Shown: positions 61,584-64,000 of the stretch, piece after piece
How positions within the stretch are numbered: position 1 is the stretch's first letter
Layout of the letters: each line of letters opens with the position of its first letter
From: Lepidodermella squamata
Lineage: Eukaryota; Animalia; Gastrotricha
Assembly: GCA_047495785.1 (NCBI GenBank)
Contig: JBLDXI010000021.1
Coordinates: 2,480,001-2,544,000, forward strand
DNA length: 64,000 nt
Direction of reading: 5' to 3'
The notes under the pieces: generated by a model
The model's input: only the letters and a program-made list of their open reading frames with translations
Told to the model about the DNA's origin: nothing
Database searches by the model: none
Made by a program: the position numbers and the translations under genes

Positions 61584-63314
61584 CTACACCGTAGCTTTGA
61601 TATCGTGCGAAGCTGAATTATGCATAGCATCGCTTGGAGTATACTCGTAGGCGTACTCGCTGCTGTAGGTGGCACTGTATGGGGGCGGGCTGTCAAGATC
61701 CTGCGGCAGCGATGAATAACAATTTTCGACTATGTTATTGGATAGCATAAGCGCAGGTGATGATACAGAATTGGACAGTGGCTTCTCAATTACGGGAGAG
61801 TTACATTCTGAATCTCCATGAGGCCCTTGAATTCCTGAAAAATTCCACATAATTCTCAAATCTCCACGAAGATATGACATGAAGACCAGCGGAATCAAAG
61901 TGAATGGAACCAAATAGAGTAACGCCGGTTGAGCCGATCGAAAGACTTCACTGCAGATCGTTGCCGTGATTAGACCTAGAAAGTACCCCATAATCGTACA
62001 TCGGAAGTATGTCAATCTGCTATTGCTGACGTAGACAGGCCCAGTAATTAGCGTGACTTCTTGAGAGCCTTTGCTTGTAAGTTGTTGTTTTCTTTTGAAA
62101 GCATCATATCGAAGAACAAAGCAAAGTAGAAGACCTGGAACAACAATATCACCCAATCTGAAATAAAGTAATAAATTAATATATTTAGCCTCATTAAGGC
62201 AAAAAATTACCCCAGCATGGTATAGCGCCCACTTTGCCAGCTGGGAAATACGAGCTTTCCTGGCAGAGACAACTTGGTGGCGCCAACAGCGCCATTGCCC
62301 GGTGAACTTATGAAATGTTGATGCGCAGAAATGTGCTCATAATTGTGTTGAGGAACTTGAGATGGCCCACTCGAACGAACAACAAATTGCGGCTCTCGAG
62401 CTAATGGTGCTGAAGTTGACGCGGCAGATCCGAATGATGAGACTAAAACTGCCAACGGGGAATCCACTGTTCGTGTAGCAACGCGTACCATTACATTCGT
62501 TTGGAACAAATATGAGGAGAAGAAAACCCAGAAAATGTCGTATAAAAGTAGACCAACAAGAAGGAGAGTTGAAACTTTCAGAGATGGCAATCGAACAAGC
62601 GCTATAAAAGCCACACATAATCCCATTGCTAGTAAATCCATTAATAGCCAATGCCCAGTAACAAGCCAAAGAGATACTAGCGTTGCTCCGCCGACTGCCG
62701 CAGCAATTTCTGATGGTTGATAGCGCCCAAAACAAAGTACCGAGCCAGTCGCTCGATGGTACGAGGCTGAGCAAGGTGCCATAAGAGCTTGGCATAATGG
62801 TAAAAGTAAGAAAGCAAATGCCGCTGTCGCAAGTACACATGTCGCGATGACAAAAATTAGCTGAAGGCTCTCGAAATACAAAAACATGACCAATAAAGAC
62901 ACAGAAGCAGCTAGTGGCATCAGGGCAGCCTATGGTCAAAAGTGGGTTCATCAGCAGCAAATTTTAAAATTGAAGCATTACCTGCCATGAGCCCAAAATG
63001 TGCCATGTGCACCAAGGCGGTGGGTTGTTTTGCCTGAGGTTACGACTGCGATCGTTGGGACAGTCTGAACGGCCATGTTGCGAATCAAGGTTTAACGAGC
63101 TACAAAACAAGTCAATCATTTTCAAAAAGAAAATCCAACAAATATTGAATACCGAAAGCTTCCATAAACAATGAGTGCGACAGAAACAGCGTATGTTGCC
63201 AGTCTAGACGTGTCGAATGCTGAATAGGGGCTAAAAATGAAAGTATTGCTGCTTTACACGACAAATGATATTAACTAATAACAAACAGTAACGACACTGG
63301 CTCGCCGGCTCCAT
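61584..63314 (-). CDS. SPPL3: Signal peptide peptidase-like 3 (GxGD intramembrane aspartyl protease)
   Basis: LIVYGSFRSLN, RLPSLKVSTLLLVGLLLYDIFWVF (YD), KLSLPGKLVFP, MLGLGDIVVPG (GxGD, across an intron), QPALLYLVP. Start codon tentative. Confidence 0.93.
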
Positions 63315-64000
63315 TGTATGAATTGTCATAAACAGCCCCACTCTGCGATTGCGGAAAAGAACTCTTATCCATCCTAAAATTTATAATGAATGCAATGGAA
63401 TATCGATGAAATTGATCATAAATAGAGGTCAAACGACGAATGAGAAATACTAAAGAACTAGCAGCCGCCCTATTACTTTTTTCCCACTTTCTTACTACTT
63501 ACTAATCAGTTCTAGTTTACAGAGGGTGAAGTTGTTAACACTCGATAAATTAGTGGACCAATCGTATTCCGCAATTATGGAAATACCGTGATGGAATACA
63601 GGGAATTCAAAATTCAAGAAGCAAGAATCTGGATCTGCAGTTGACTTATCTAGTGGGATATTAGGGGAAGCAAGGAACAGGCGAGGAGAGTGATGCCACG
63701 GTGACGAAATGCGGTATACATTCTTGATTCACGAGCCCAATCACAAGTTTCCCGGTGTTTGCTTGGGTATTAGGCATCAGTTTAAGGACTTCAGTCACTA
63801 TGGGGACAACGATATACTTTTTACAAGCGTTTATTGCGCATAAGTAAACTGGTATAGTACATTACGTTCACGTCGCGGAAGAACTCGCACTTCGGTGTTT
63901 TTTTTTGATTACTGTACTGTCAAGTACGGTTGGCTGGCTGTATTTTTCCGTTATATTTACACCTACTGTACTCAGTGTATAGTCGGACTTTTTCCGAAGT

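Overview
Gene-dense genomic DNA from an animal, probably an invertebrate, with mostly ~50-65 nt GT-AG introns; there are no prokaryotic features. Recognisable spliced genes: TCERG1 (3' end), EXD1, EXOSC9, a TLC-domain protein, SGSM1/2 (RUN-TBC), ZCCHC8, clathrin heavy chain, RPLP1, PBZ-HPF1, two DOK-like IRS-PTB genes, two divergent R-Smads, hexokinase and SPPL3. There is also one orphan gene and a secreted Ly6-sushi-Ly6 protein. Repeats include several MITE-type DNA elements, a LINE 3' fragment and an exact 4 x 1403-bp tandem array. Most notable: (1) a ~210-nt hairpin punctuated by ~10 tandem GA/GA mismatches, folding on one strand only, inside a 1.27-kb A-A'-A element; (2) a ~450-nt minus-strand structured RNA candidate with an H/ACA-type 3' end and a template-like 1.6x 11-nt repeat, resembling telomerase RNA in layout; (3) operon-like gene pairs (EXOSC9->EXD1 53 nt apart, RPLP1->CLTC ~160 nt apart); (4) tandem Smads lacking the DNA-binding hairpin. 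Exon boundaries and RNA helices were read by eye; no searches or folding programs were run.
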